Source: Massalongia carnosa (lineage: Eukaryota). Taken from it: a DNA stretch of 64,000 bases. The stretch's first letter is position 1, and each line of letters opens with the position of its first letter. Positions 1 through 12,717 of this stretch are shown here, piece after piece. The notes beneath the pieces are model-generated. The model saw nothing but the letters and a program-made list of their open reading frames with translations, searched no databases and was not told where the DNA came from. Position numbers and translations under genes: made by a program. Location: NCBI GenBank assembly GCA_965645245.1, contig OZ287083.1, forward strand, positions 682,001-746,000, written 5' to 3'.

Positions 1-561
1 TAAGCCTTTTCGGATTAGTATATAATTAGTCAGAAGCTAAGTCAATTTAGTTAAATGTTTAACTGTTTTAGGATAAGATTCTATTTAGCTTACTAGTCAT
101 GCTTCGGGCGGCAGGTCTGAGTTCAAAACTCTGTAATTTTGTCAGGTTCTCGTTATTTTGGTGACAACACACGTAAGTTTAGCGCTTAAGATTTAAAATC
201 ATCGTTTTTCACGTTTAAGACAAGATCAACGACAACGCATGAAAGTTGTAATATTATAATACGTTATTGTCGTCGCTACTTAAAGATATGCTTTATTAAA
301 TGATCTAAAATTTAAACATCCTGTGTGCGTTGCGCAGTTATCTTCATCATCGAGCAACATCGACTCAAATTGACTCTCAAATCTCGACGACAGCACAACA
401 ACTTCGAATTGAGTCTTGCTCTTCAATTCAACGATCGGCGCTCATATTCATCATATTGCCTTGGCGGATCATGTTATCGTAGTTCTTCAGGACTTCAAAC
501 TCAAAAATATAGTCGTTGTCCTTGCTAGCGTGCTTTCTTGTTGTAGCGATATTACATCAAT

Positions 562-858
562 ATGAGTGACGCGATACAGATGTTGACTCGTGAGAAGATC
601 GAGAGCGTTGTTGATCAGTATTTCGGATTTCGTCCAAAGAGGGAGCAGGTGGATGCGCTTCATCATCTGTTGTGTGATAGGATGGAGTTGATCTTGATAG
701 CAAAAACAGGTTTCGGAAAGAGCATACTGTTTCAAGCTGCTTCTTTGATGTTTTCGCGTTGCAAGTCAGTGTTGATAATCATGCCTTTGATTGCACTGGA
801 AGAGGAGCAATGTGAAAAAACCCTCTTTAAACGCCTCGTCGACCTTCACCGGAGTTAA
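562..858 (+). pseudogene. RecQ-like SF2 helicase N-terminal fragment (transposon-associated)
   Basis: FGFRPKREQVDAL (Q-motif), LIAKTGFGKS (Walker A), IIMPLIALEEEQ (motif Ia). Homology breaks off after ~90 aa; upstream flank is AT/TpA-rich. Confidence 0.8.
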
Positions 859-915
859 CGTCTATCGCCTCAAAGGAGCTGCCCGATTCTCGCTCGGGGC
901 GAAAAAGAAGGCGAC

Positions 916-2614
916 TAGCTTACCTGGATGAGTGATGGCGGAGAGCAAAGCCGCGCGGCGCGGATTTGCTCCTCCGGTGAGCGATGAATAGAACGGGTTT
1001 AATCAACAAACATACCGCCTGAGGGTTCCAGCGTACTTGCTGGAAGGGTGGGGCTTTCAGGTGCTTCACTGGTTTCGTTTGTAGGCGCGAGTCCAAGTTC
1101 AACATCCTTTTCATGATCGTCAAGGGGTACCGTTTCACTTATGTAATGTCGATTGTACTTCATCGAGCTCTCACCCAAGCGAGCGAGGCCTTCCATATAA
1201 AGGTTAACTGTCGGATTCATCGAAAATCGATCCCCATTGACCTCAACGAGCGACTTAGAGGCCAGTTGCAAAGCCATACTCCATATGTCCTCGGCGGCGG
1301 ATTTTGAAGAATTAGCCCTTCCGAACGTAAATTCGACCGCGGCTTTAACTTCCAGTAAATAAGGCCCGTTCATTGCCCAGTCTTCCAGTAACTTATCGCT
1401 ATTCTTCGAAAAATAAGATCGTTCTCGCTGAAATGTCTTAAGATTATTGTTTAATAATTCCAAAAGCCGATCGGTTTCAAAATTTGAATCCTCGTTGTCT
1501 CCTAGATTGACTAAACTGTTAGCCAAAATTGCATCTTGCAGCTCCAGGGTCGCAGCCGGTGAATCGGTCATGTGAAGAACCCGTAGCAACGCCTGCGCGT
1601 AATTGGGAGTTCCAGCTGACTCTGCTTGAAACATCATCGTCACCTGACGCAGGGCCCGTCGAAGCAGTCCAATATCCGCATGTTTGATGGCATATCGAAG
1701 AGTCAAATACAGTTCCACATGGGGGCAAAAATTCTGATGATTACGAAATTCTTGATCGAGCGCTGGCGCTGAGAATAAGTGGACTCGTCTCGGTGAACAT
1801 CGCAACAGGCGCGCTGAATGAGATCTAGCCATCGTGGCGCCTTACTCGTGATAACCGCCGCGGCGCCCTTGAAGCTATTTAAGGTGCCCAGCTCGTCGGT
1901 CTCCGAAGGCGGGTGAAAAACCCCAAAGGCGGCCGTAGCAATCAGTGCATTGAGCTCCGCTCGAAGGGCCTGCACGACCCAAGTCCAACCCTGTTCATGA
2001 AGAATGACTGCTGCTCGATCCTTCCCAATAAGCTCACCTAGTCCTTCGTCTTTCATCATTTCAACATAGGCGAAATCCATAAATTGAGCCTGTCCAGCCC
2101 GCATGCGGTGACGCCCTCGATATTTTAGCAATGTAGAGAGAAAATCCTTGATTGTCCATTTCAAGGTTCCGAATATGCTCCATCAACTCAAGAAGTTTAC
2201 CCCAATCATCCAAACGACGTCGTGATCGTCCTCGTCGTTTTCGGCGTTCCTTAGATCGCCTTGAGGACGACGAACGGAGGAAGGAATCAGAATAATCATG
2301 ACCGCTGGAAGTTGATTGAGGGCGCCTTAAAGGAGTTTGGCTTTCTGGCAGTGAAGGGGTTGAAACTCTCGAGGTCAGGGGACTTGTCAACAGGTCAGTG
2401 GGCGAGGAGGCGCTGGCTTCGGGTGAGGCCATGATGAAGTCAATGTTTTTTTTTGCGCAGGGATCGCTCGATGAAGGCAAACTTCTGTGGACAGGTAACC
2501 TTTCCTTTGTTTACATACTGCGTATCTACTCCGTACAACTGCAGGGTATAGCCATGTAAGTTTATGCCGCGCTAGGTCGAATCCGCGCCGCGCGGCTTTA
2601 AGTTCAAGAGACTA
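916..2614. mobile_element. Internally deleted Academ-like DNA transposon unit (TAG...CTA ends, shared subterminal GC palindrome)
   Basis: AAAGCCGCGCGGCGCGGATT at 947-966 and its exact reverse complement at 2580-2599; GACTAGCT at 913-920 and 2610-2617; encloses the DUF6589-like ORFs. Confidence 0.5.
999..2432 (-). pseudogene. DUF6589-like putative transposase, frameshifted and internally deleted
   Basis: ORFs 2061-2480, 1703-2164 and 999-1832 in tandem; C-terminal part has YAIKHADIGLL, NYAQALL, NSLVNL and ETDRLLELLNNNLK, resembling DUF6589 proteins. Confidence 0.65.
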
Positions 2615-2669
2615 GCTCAAAAACAGGCACGCTAACTAAACAGGCTTGACGCAGGCATCGACTGCATAA

Positions 2670-4118
2670 TTATTTACGAAAAAACTATCCTCTCCAAACA
2701 TCAATCTCTCCGCCATTTTCACTCTTCCATACGCGGCCTTGAAACTGCGCAAGCGTTCAACCTATGGTTCTGAATCGCCTCTTGCTAACTTGCGATCTTC
2801 TCCCAGTATTACGTTTGCCTGCGCTTGAACGACAGGGTCCTCCCAGCTTGTCCGACAGACGAGCGCGTGACTGATAGGAGAATCAAGCCAGAGCTGAGTG
2901 GATGGTGGAAACTTATGGATAGGCCCAAATCGATTCGCGAGTCCTGAAGGAGTGACTCTGGGTGCTGTTTGACTAGCATGCGCCCTTGCGAGGTCACTCT
3001 ATTTATCGGACTCGACAATGTCCTGCGTCTCGCCGTCTTCTTGCACGCCGACGTACCAAGGCAGAACCGTCCGACGCGGGCCGTTTCCTTTTTTTGGAGT
3101 CGAACCATAAAGGATTTCTGGCTTCGTGACTCTCACGTCTCCTCTTTTGCAGGGAACAGGAATAAAGTCTCCAAACTGAGCGGCATCCTCTTTGATCCAT
3201 ATTTTTTCAAGGCCATGTACGTGTCCATCCGGGACCTCTCCACGAGCGCACACGTTATTCCACCACTGGGCAATGTGTAAATGAAAACCAGGGACTATTT
3301 TAGTACACCCCTCGGCGGTCTCTTCATTAAGCGACACCGAACCTTGAATGATGTTGCCCCCATGACCATTATCCAGATATTTTGGTACGTTAATATCAAT
3401 ATGGCGAAAAATAGTTGGATCTCCCTCCCGTGTATACTTCGCGTAATACGGATATGATACCAATCGAATATTGCGATCGGGACGGAGGCACGCGTACAGT
3501 GCCCAGTATTCGATGTCTTGACGGATCAACTGTTGGGTTAAAGAGTAATACATAGTTCGTAACCATCCACGATTCGACTGACCATTCCTCTCCCGCTGAT
3601 GCCACTGATAGATGTCGAACTCTTCGAGTATCAGATCTCCGATTCCGGTCTCTACTTCGTCTTTGGATTTTATCCCTTTCCACAACCAATCAAACATGTC
3701 TTTAACAATTAGATTTTCATCTTTCATCCAGAGATCCCAAGCGAACTCTCCTCCAATCTCGTCGACTATGATTTTGGCTTGCTCCTCAATGAGCCCTCTT
3801 ATCAGAGATGATCTCGTTGCTCGTTGCTCGTTTGTAATAGACGCCAAGAGCATCATCATCACCCCTCGGTCTAGCACATAAACGAAACCAGAAGCTTGTC
3901 TCCCGTCCTGTTTTCAGATCATCGAGGTTGGAACGATGATGATGACAAGACTTGAGCCTCTGTCTTAAGTCTTCTGCATTTAAATTATTGACTTGAAGAC
4001 CGAAATGACCGCCTATAGCTAGAAGATGACGATAGCAGACGTGAGTTAACTCCTCTCCGTGGATAACTGCAGACATTATTTTTCTAATAGTGCCTAGATA
4101 CTCTGCGTCACCTTTCAT
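2670..4118 (-). pseudogene. Fe(II)/2-oxoglutarate dioxygenase (PhyH-like fold), frameshift plus premature stop
   Basis: SYPYYAKY...FRHIDIN (HxD), IQGSVSL, CTKIVPGFH, GDVRVTKPEILYGS. The frame continues past the TAG at 2999-3001 (SDLARAHASQTAP...SWEDPVVQAQAN). End coordinates approximate. Confidence 0.65.
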
Positions 4119-5500
4119 TCCTGCCGCTGAGGCAGTCTTTTACAATCCGGCCTTCCTTTGAAGAATTAAGTGTGAAGGATTTAGCTTCAAGATAGACTAC
4201 AAAGCCGAGGTCCAGCTCCCGGCTGGCGATCCAGAAGACCCGACAGATTTTTCAGGTTCTAGCAAACGCGGCAAAGCTGCAAAAACCTCCAAGGACATCA
4301 AGACCCCGAAGGCCGCCAAAATCAAAAGCGCCAAATCCAACCTTGGACCGGTAGAGGCGGCCAATGAATCAGCGAAAAAGGCAGCCAAGGGAAGAAAGAG
4401 GTAGAGACCACATGTCATGTGGCAAATCCGCGCAGCGCGGCTTTGCCGTGGATAGTCTAGCTATAGAGATGTACTAGCTAATTATGAATCAATGAACGAC
4501 TGCAACCGACTTTCTCTTACTATTTTCGTGACCCAAATCGATGTCCATTGTAGACTGGGACCCGGGCTTTTTGTCCAGCTTGCATCGAGTTTAAAAAGCA
4601 TGCTCGCCATCCCTTGATGTCGTTCTTTACTGCACATATTCGACCGCGCGGTTCCAAAACATAAAAATAACACATATAAAAAACGACGGTATGGTATAAC
4701 ATGATTGAGCTGATATTTTTACGCTCAATCGGGGAAGGCCGCTCGATAATTAAGTATTATTTCATTTATCAAGCAAACCTGCCCGTATTATTGAGTTTTG
4801 TCCTCAGACGTGTAAGCACAGCGAACTTAGTAAGCAAAGCCTAACTTGAAAGGGTTAGGCACATATTCTAAATAAGTTAGCGCTGAGCTAACCGAAGGAG
4901 GTTTGTGCAGGTGAAGGCTGTGCCACAACACGTCTGAGGTACTGAGGCAATATATCAGGAGGTTCTCGATCCAGAGTAGTCTCATCCTTAAGTTCGTTCC
5001 AGTTGATGATACAGAGTCCGGTTGCGCAGGGGCGAGGCCTGTGTCAAGAGCGATAGTTATTGCAGTGTGCTGCCCATCCTTGGAAGTAGGCAAGTAGGAT
5101 AGATATCTTCAAGCTTAGCGAGGTGGAGGGTGAAAGAGAATATAGAGCGTTTATGTTCAGCTGGAAGGATATTGTATGCGATAACACTCAATGTTAACAT
5201 CTACCTCGGTACCGGGGTTGACGGGGTACTCTGCACATCGAGTACAGGTCTCTTAGCGCTTCCATGACGTCACGGACCAACTGTTAAAGATGCTTAACTG
5301 ACAAGCGCGTTCCCGCTACTCTCATCATAATCTGGATGTAGAATCCATATATGACGGTGCTCAACTACAGCAATAGATCTCCAGTCTTTTCTGCAATCTC
5401 ATTGTGTCGCCTCTCGTTCAAAGTAGTGAATGCACTCTGATTCGAGCCATTGACGAAGTAAAGAGACTATCTTTGAGCTGAAATTCATTTACACTGGAAC

Positions 5501-8500
5501 ATGGCTGCGAACGAACAACAGCCTCTGCCAGGAGGCCATTATAGTGGTAGGTATTCTCCTTCTCGATTTAGGCTTGTTACATATTTATGGATTCATAAGG
5601 TATAAATAAAATACCTGATATCAAAACCTTTGTGCATAATCTGGATAGGAACAAACGAAATAGAGACCAGAAGCTTGACGAAAGTCGCATGGAAGGCAAG
5701 CAGGCTCAGGATGATGTGCATCCGCATCACGCAAGTGAAGCCGGCAAGGAGGGAACACGCAAGACCGTCCATGATCCCACGACTGGGAAAGAGGTTCAGA
5801 TTGAGGATGTAGATGCGAGCTTCATGAAAGCCGCACTTGACCCACAAGTGCGGTTTTTTTCACTTCACCTTCCTTCCACCAGGTAACTTGCTGAGATGGC
5901 GCTTTAGTTGTCAGTACCCAATGCGAACCTTGGAAAAGACACCGTGAGCCATCCCCCTTCGTCGCATTGACATTCAATTAACTCTGGTAGACTGTCAAAA
6001 CGGACCCTTCGCAGCCTTATCCCGAATATAAGCATAACCAAGATGGTTAGTCTATTGAAGTAGCGATCTATAGAACCTTCTATTGATTTAAAGTAAACAG
6101 TAACGGCACCACCTGACCCGGTGGCCAAAGGAAGTACATCCGATGTGCCTATTCATGGCGAGAAAACAAATATTTTATTCCATCCTACACCATCGGTCAG
6201 CTATGAGCCTATGTTTGCGTCTTTGGAGACGAGAGCTGGAGGCTTTTGTATTGGTGTCTTCTTTGCGACAGTTTTGCTTGGAAAAATGTTTGGAGGTTCG
6301 CTGAAGGGATTGATTCCACTGGCTGCATGTATAGTTTCAGGTATCTGGCTATGGATGAAGGAGGTAGTCCGTAGTGGAAGAGAGGTTGAGTGGTCAAGCG
6401 AACAGTCAAGAGGAGAGACAGTGCGTGAATAGGATCCAATGGGTATCAAGATGGAAATGCTGATAGCTTTTAGGCCGTTGCCAATTTACTCCCAGAATCT
6501 GTGGAATGGATGAATACCTTGTTGGCTATCGTGTGGGGACTGATCAACCCGGAAATGTTTGCCTCTGTCGCTGATACCCTTGAAGACGTTATGGGAGCTT
6601 CCGTCCCAGCAGTCATCGAGAATGTTAGGGTGGCAGAAATCAACCAGGGTAGCAACCCTATCCGTATCCTTAGTCTTCGTGCACTCCCAGACACGCATGT
6701 TAAAGAACTCAAAGAGAGCATTCATGAAGAAAATAAGAAAAATAAGGATCCACAAGAGGCTGCCGCTGATGAAGAAGGGGGAGACTACTATAATCTCGAA
6801 GCCGCGTTTGCTTACCACGCCAAGCCCAGCGGTGCCGATTCTTCCTCGAAAGCGCGAAATATGCACATGCAACTTGTATTTTACCTGGGTATGAAGGGAC
6901 TTTTCGGTGTTCCATTGCCTATATTTGTTGAACTACAGGGTTTGGTTGGCACAGTGAGACTTCGACTTCAAATGTCTCCCGAGCCACCTTTCCTAAAAAC
7001 CCTTACTTTTACCCTGATGGGCCTACCACATGTCCAAGCAGGGTGTGTTCCCATGGTACAGAAAGGTGTCAACATCCTCAATCTACCCTTAATCTCGAAC
7101 TTCGTCAACTATGCCATTGGTGCTGCAGCTAGCATGTATGTAGCTCCTAAATCAATGTCCCTAGACATTGGCAAGATGCTACAGGGTGATGATATCCAGA
7201 AAGACGTGATTGCTCTTGGAGTCTTGTGGATTAGAATCCACAAGGCTGAAGGATTAAGCAAGCAAGACAGGCGTGGAAGTAAACATGGAGGTTCGGATCC
7301 ATACATCACGTTGTCATTTTCAAAATACGGCAAACCTATGTATTGTACACGAGTAATTGCTGATGATCTCAACCCGATCTGGGAAGAAACTGCTGCGTAA
7401 GCAGATAGCATCCGCGCACCATGGAGATTTGCTGATTGTCGGCAGGCTGCTGGTTACTCCCGAGTTGATCAAAGCCGATGAACAGCTCAGCGTAGAGCTG
7501 TGGGACTCAGATCGATCGAGTGCGGATGATATTGTAGGCAAGATTGAACTTTCAATGCAGAAAATGATACAGCATCCTGGGAAAATGTACCCACAGGTAT
7601 CAAAACTTCGGGGAATGGAAGTCGATAGTGAGATGCCTGGAGAGCTTCACTGGGAAGTTGGATATTTCTCAAAACCCAAATTTAGGCCTGCTCTGCGCAC
7701 GGATGGGAAAAATCGAAACCTTCCCAAATCTCTGCAAGACCGAGAAGAATTACAAGACGACAAAGGGACACTAAATACCGAGGACGAGGACGCTGTAGCG
7801 CACACCCCTCCTGACCCTCTTTGGCCAAGTGGTGTTTGTAGTGTTGTTATTCATCAAATTGTTAATCTCGAGCTTGAGAATATTCAAGGCAGTGAAGGCA
7901 ATAGAAAGGGGAGGGAATACGAGCCGGCTAAACCTGCAGGGGAAAACATAGAGGAAGAAAGTAAAAAACTTCCCAGCAGCTACTGCACGATTTTATTCAA
8001 TGACCAGTTGGTAGGAATCTTAGTGGAACTATCATTCTGACTGCTTCTGACAATCCATTAGGTATACCGTACTCGAACCAAAGTCGTTAGCAGCAAGCCT
8101 ATCTTCAACGCTGGAACGGAAAGGTTCATGCGGGATTGGCGGTCTGGTATCGTCACGGTTACTGTTCGTGACCAGCGCCATAGACAGCACGATCCACTTC
8201 TTGGTGTTGTGCCGTTGCGACTGTCAGATATCCTACAAACAAGCTCTCAAGTCACGCGCTGGTATCCATTAGATGGCGGAATCGTAAGTTAGGTTCTATT
8301 CCTCTCTGCAATTTGCTAATTAGTTCAGGGGTTTGGACGTGTGAGAATTTCCCTCCTATTCAGAAGCATCGAGACTCGATTACCACCAAATATGCTTGGT
8401 TGGGATGTTGGGACATTTGAATTTGCTTCCGACAGAATCTTAGCACTGAATTACCATAACAACGCCAGATTGAAGCTACGAACTGGAGGCAGTAGTGGTA

Positions 8501-9601
8501 CGATTGGCAGAACTCAGTGTCAGAAATTGGCAGAAGGCGATGGAGTGTTTTTCGACATTGCTAAGAAAACCGTGAAGAATAATGTACGTTTACCTGTCAA
8601 ATTCCGATATCGATCTCCAGTAGTATTTGAGTTTCATACAGCAGGAAAACGAGGAGCTACGGCGTATTCAGTTATCTGGCTTCATCATCTGGTAGACAAT
8701 GAAGTGACAAATACCAACATTCCCATATGGACCGCTAAAAACGGTGCCCGGTTGACACAAAATTACTTCACCGAAGAAAACGTTCGGGCCGGTGATATTC
8801 CTGGTCTTGAGGACCTTCAGGAAATAGGACGCTTGCACTTTCGGTGTCAATTTAAAGCCGGTATTGACGAAGACCACGAGCAGTATGTTGTCGATAATGA
8901 TTCCCGCGAAACATACGAGACATGGGAAGCCTGTGTAGCGGAAGGCGTTCGGGATCGGAGAGTGACGAAAGAGTTGCCGCCTATGGTCCAAGAACTTCAC
9001 GAGCAATCATTGACCGAAGGCCGGGATATTCTGTCGCAGGCCGATGCTGAAGAAAAAAAGAAGTGGCTAGCAAAGGACGGTCAAGATTGGAGCGGCGCCT
9101 TCACGCACGATCCCAAAGCGTACATGGATTCCTCAGGGCGGAAGCGAGCTGAGCCTGGAGCACAGAAGCCAGTCCGTGATCCTTACAATCCAAGCTCCGA
9201 CGATGGCAATATCAGCGGCTCCGACTACAACGCTAGCAGCGACTCCGATTCCGATGATCTGGAAATTCAGGATGCCACCAACACCACCGCGGCCAAGGAC
9301 ATGGACGGTACTGCTCAAACGAATGGCGGACTGCAAGACGGAGGCAGCAAGGACGAGCAGAAGAGTAGGGATGTTGCCAATAAGAAATCCGAGAAGCGGA
9401 AGCACCGCGGATTGCTGCAGTGGAAACCTGTAAGGGTACGTTCCTCAGGAGAAGTCGTTATGTCATTGTCCGGGGTGTGGCTAACGAATGCAGAATCTGG
9501 CTTTCGCCAAGGACGAGGCCAAGTTCACCATGAAGAAAGTGCAGCATAAACTTACAGGAGGCTTGGGCGGCCGTGAACCCAAGGTGGAAACGGAAACCTA
9601 A
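5501..9601 (+). CDS. Mug190-like SMP/C2-domain membrane tether (tricalbin-related), multi-exon
   Basis: ATG 5501; TM hairpin, PESVEWMN SMP start, C2 motifs GSDPY and LNPIWEE, VELWDSDR; GT-AG introns join the ORFs; TAA 9599-9601. Confidence 0.85.
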
Positions 9602-10529
9602 CACACCTAAGCGCGCTCGGTTTACGAATGGGGTTAGCTGTTTTCCTTGGGATTTGAGATTATTGATATCTAAAGGGGATAAGTAAGAAAAGGGCGAAAG
9701 CTTCCGATTTCGACGGATAAGACAGCGCCAAATTAGTGTCTCTGAAGCCTTAATATTTATTTTTCTCAGTAAAGCTTCCAACCAAAAAATTGAGATTGCC
9801 CTCCACAATCGTAACGTTTTCTCACGCAGTCACGCAAGAAATTGTAACGTACGTAAAACGGATGGACACAACAACGTATTCAACCAAGTCCCAAAATATA
9901 TATATATGCCACGTAAGAATTATTTCCACCCCAGTCCCTCTCGTCCGCGGAGAATGTAAATACGCCTTCACATTACCTCCGACCACATGGCTCTCAGACA
10001 AGAGCAGTCATCATCCCGTGATGATGCCAGGAGGAATATATACATGGGATATAACGAAATGTACCGCATTGCAGCAAAGCTTCATTCGCTACTAGCTCCA
10101 CACACTAGGAGGGGGCCTCGTGGGTCTCATCTCCCCTAAGGTTCACATCGTCATTGATCGTCATCGCATCGTTCCTTCTCGTGCCCCCATGCGTACATTT
10201 TGCACCACGAAAACTTTTCGTCTCTTCGTCCAATCTTAAAAGAACATTTGTCGAGGGTGCTCAAGACCTTCTTGGGTTTGGTAGTATTGAGCAGCACGTC
10301 CGGGCTAGCGGAAGACTTTGCACGCATCGTTGGTGTTCTGGATAGTGTAGGTGAAGGACATAGCTCGTCGGATTCAATATCAAGCGGGGCTAATACCGCA
10401 TGCGATTGAATATAGAACCCAGGTTGAAATCGTTTCCGTCCACGTCTTGGTTTCTTTGATCAGGGTTTAGGTCGCTACGTGTTCGCCATTTTTTCAAGGC
10501 CCAAAATACTGAAGCAGGATTAATGAAGG

Positions 10530-11324
10530 CTAGTTCGGAGATCGCTGGCTGTTGGCATCAAGGTGGCTCGCGCTAGCGAGTTTCGCTTTTTCGAAACTGG
10601 TGGATTCGGTTTCATCAGTGTTTTGGGAATCGATATCGTCAGTCATATGGTGTACTGCCAGGATATCATCGTCCAAAGGGCGCCAAACCCATTCTCTCCG
10701 TCGCTTCCGCCGTCGTTGTACCGGCATCAACGGCGCGTCTTCAGCCGCGTTCTGCCTTCCTCTCGTCCCGCCATTGTCGAGTTTAGCCCTTGATCGTTTT
10801 TCTCCACAATCCGAACTGGAAGCGTCGGATGCGTACTCTACCGATGGTGTCGGGATTATATCTTCCAAGAGCTCGCGAAACATGACTCGCTTAACTGGAA
10901 GGAATAATCGCCGGTTTACCCGGGTGGTCGATGCCGGCAAATGTCTTCGGGGAAGGGGGCTATTGCGAAGAATGCTGCGAGCTCCCATCGGAAGGGAGTA
11001 TGGTGCTGACACGGGAAACGGGGAGGTGAGCACCGAGGATGAAGAGGTAACTGAAGATGAATTTGACAAGGGCGGAGTTGGAAGGTCGCTAGAGAAAGTT
11101 TGCGATGTAGAATCCGGCGTTTGCTGAACGAGCGTGGGAGGAGGTTGAAGAAGAGCGAGCGCAGACGGAGAGGCGACACGGTCAGTTGGCGTGTCCAATG
11201 TGGTATTGGGGACGAGGTTCGTCTTGACCGTGTCACTAAGCGGCGAAGATTCTGCGAAGGTCTGAAGGGACAGCTTCGGACGCTTTGGCATTGGCGGTTT
11301 CGAAGGTGGTATTACAGACATCAT
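10530..11324 (-). CDS. Ser/Pro-rich fungal hypothetical protein
   Basis: Long ORF with KRPKLSLQT, RSILRNSPLP and RRKRRREWVW motifs; start could be 11324 or 11465. Confidence 0.65.
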   Translation of the reverse strand: MMSVIPPSKPPMPKRPKLSLQTFAESSPLSDTVKTNLVPNTTLDTPTDRVASPSALALLQPPPTLVQQTPDSTSQTFSSDLPTPPLSNSSSVTSSSSVLTSPFPVSAPYSLPMGARSILRNSPLPRRHLPASTTRVNRRLFLPVKRVMFRELLEDIIPTPSVEYASDASSSDCGEKRSRAKLDNGGTRGRQNAAEDAPLMPVQRRRKRRREWVWRPLDDDILAVHHMTDDIDSQNTDETESTSFEKAKLASASHLDANSQRSPN

Positions 11325-11881
11325 GGCGCCAGTATTTCGCGACGGGGGATTCGGTGCCAGACACGGGTCTTGGCTGGTTCTTGCGGGGGACGAGGTTACA
11401 CAAGAATCGTTATCCTCCTGGTTATGACGGCGCGGAGGTTGTGGGCGCACGGGCAAGATAAGCATGGCGAAGGCCTATTGTTGCCACGCAGGCTGAGCAA
11501 AGGACAGAACGCGAGACTTGGATCTAAGGATGGACCTGAGGATGGACCCTCGAATCCTCTTCCCTTACGAGTAGATGGTAGGCTTGGACCGCGAGACGGC
11601 GGTGGTTAAGATCAACGGAAGTCCGATCATGCAGACAACCCAATGAGAAAGGGAACGCAAGACATATATACGACGTAGATCAAATAAGACGAAGACGAGG
11701 TCAGCTCCGACCAAAAGTGGCAACCTGTGCCGTGAAGAAGATAGAACATAAGTACGTATTCGGCATGACGATTGCGCGTATGTGTACTCTGTAAGGAGAA
11801 GCAATCGGTTGGAGAAGGCAGGGCGAAGGGGCAGGAAGAAAGTGCGAGGGTGTGGGTTGGACAAGACTAGAAATAGACGGG

Positions 11882-12472
11882 GGTACAGAGTACAGAGTAC
11901 AGAAGTACAGAGTATGAGTACTCCGTACAGAGAAGGGGATAGCGTACCGTGAAGGTTCCACCAATACCGGACGAGTTTCGATGAAAGTTCCGTTGGATAC
12001 GGGTAGGATACGTAGGGAAGGTAATTTTAGTAATGAGTCTAAGCACCGTACCAAGTACTCTGTACAACTCGGTGCCTACTCTAGGGCACGACATGCCGGA
12101 AGGAGGGCATCTGGAACCGACGCGATGGGTATGAATGAAACACCGACGGCTGATTGGATAGCTCGACGATTTCCGATAGGGATCGTGATCCGGAGTAGTT
12201 GTTTCCTCTTGTTGGGCATGATATGACCTGTACGGAGTACCCTGTACAGAGTAACTCACTCGCTCTGGCTAGATGGCTGGATCTGTCAACGGGAACACTT
12301 CAATCCGCTTTCCACGTTCCGCTTTCATAACCCCGTTGGGTACGAGTACCGGGTGCTGGAAACCGTACATCGTACTCGTACCCATGTACAGAGTACAGAG
12401 TACAAACTAGTCGATCTAAAAGCTTAAAATACCTTGCGCCTAACTTATTTTGTACCCAAGTACAGAGTACGG
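11882..12472. repeat. Cluster of GTAC(A/G)GAGTAC-like motifs in a divergent promoter
   Basis: Tandem GTACAGA x3-4 at 11883-11911, further copies at 12230-12252, 12386-12403 and 12460-12472. Confidence 0.7.
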
Positions 12473-12717
12473 ATGGCCAATCGTATGCGGTCCTAAATCC
12501 GAGAGACCGAACGGCGAAGACGCTAATCCGTGTTCGTCCGCGCCACTTCGGGAGTTCGCGAAAACGTTAAAGCGAGTGCTGCCTGTTGGGCCCACACCAT
12601 GTATCCATAAAGTTCGTCAACCACGTCGGATTAGGAGAAATCGCAGGTCTTCCCTCATACTCGTCGCTCGTGGATTCATGGAGCCGAAGACCCGTGGGCA
12701 ATAACAATGCATACAAT

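Noticed and set aside
2580..4462. Helitron assignment for the hairpin+CTAG ends
   Set aside because: No Rep/PIF1 helicase, CTAG is followed by C rather than T, and an inverted copy exists at 913-971. Kept only as an alternative.
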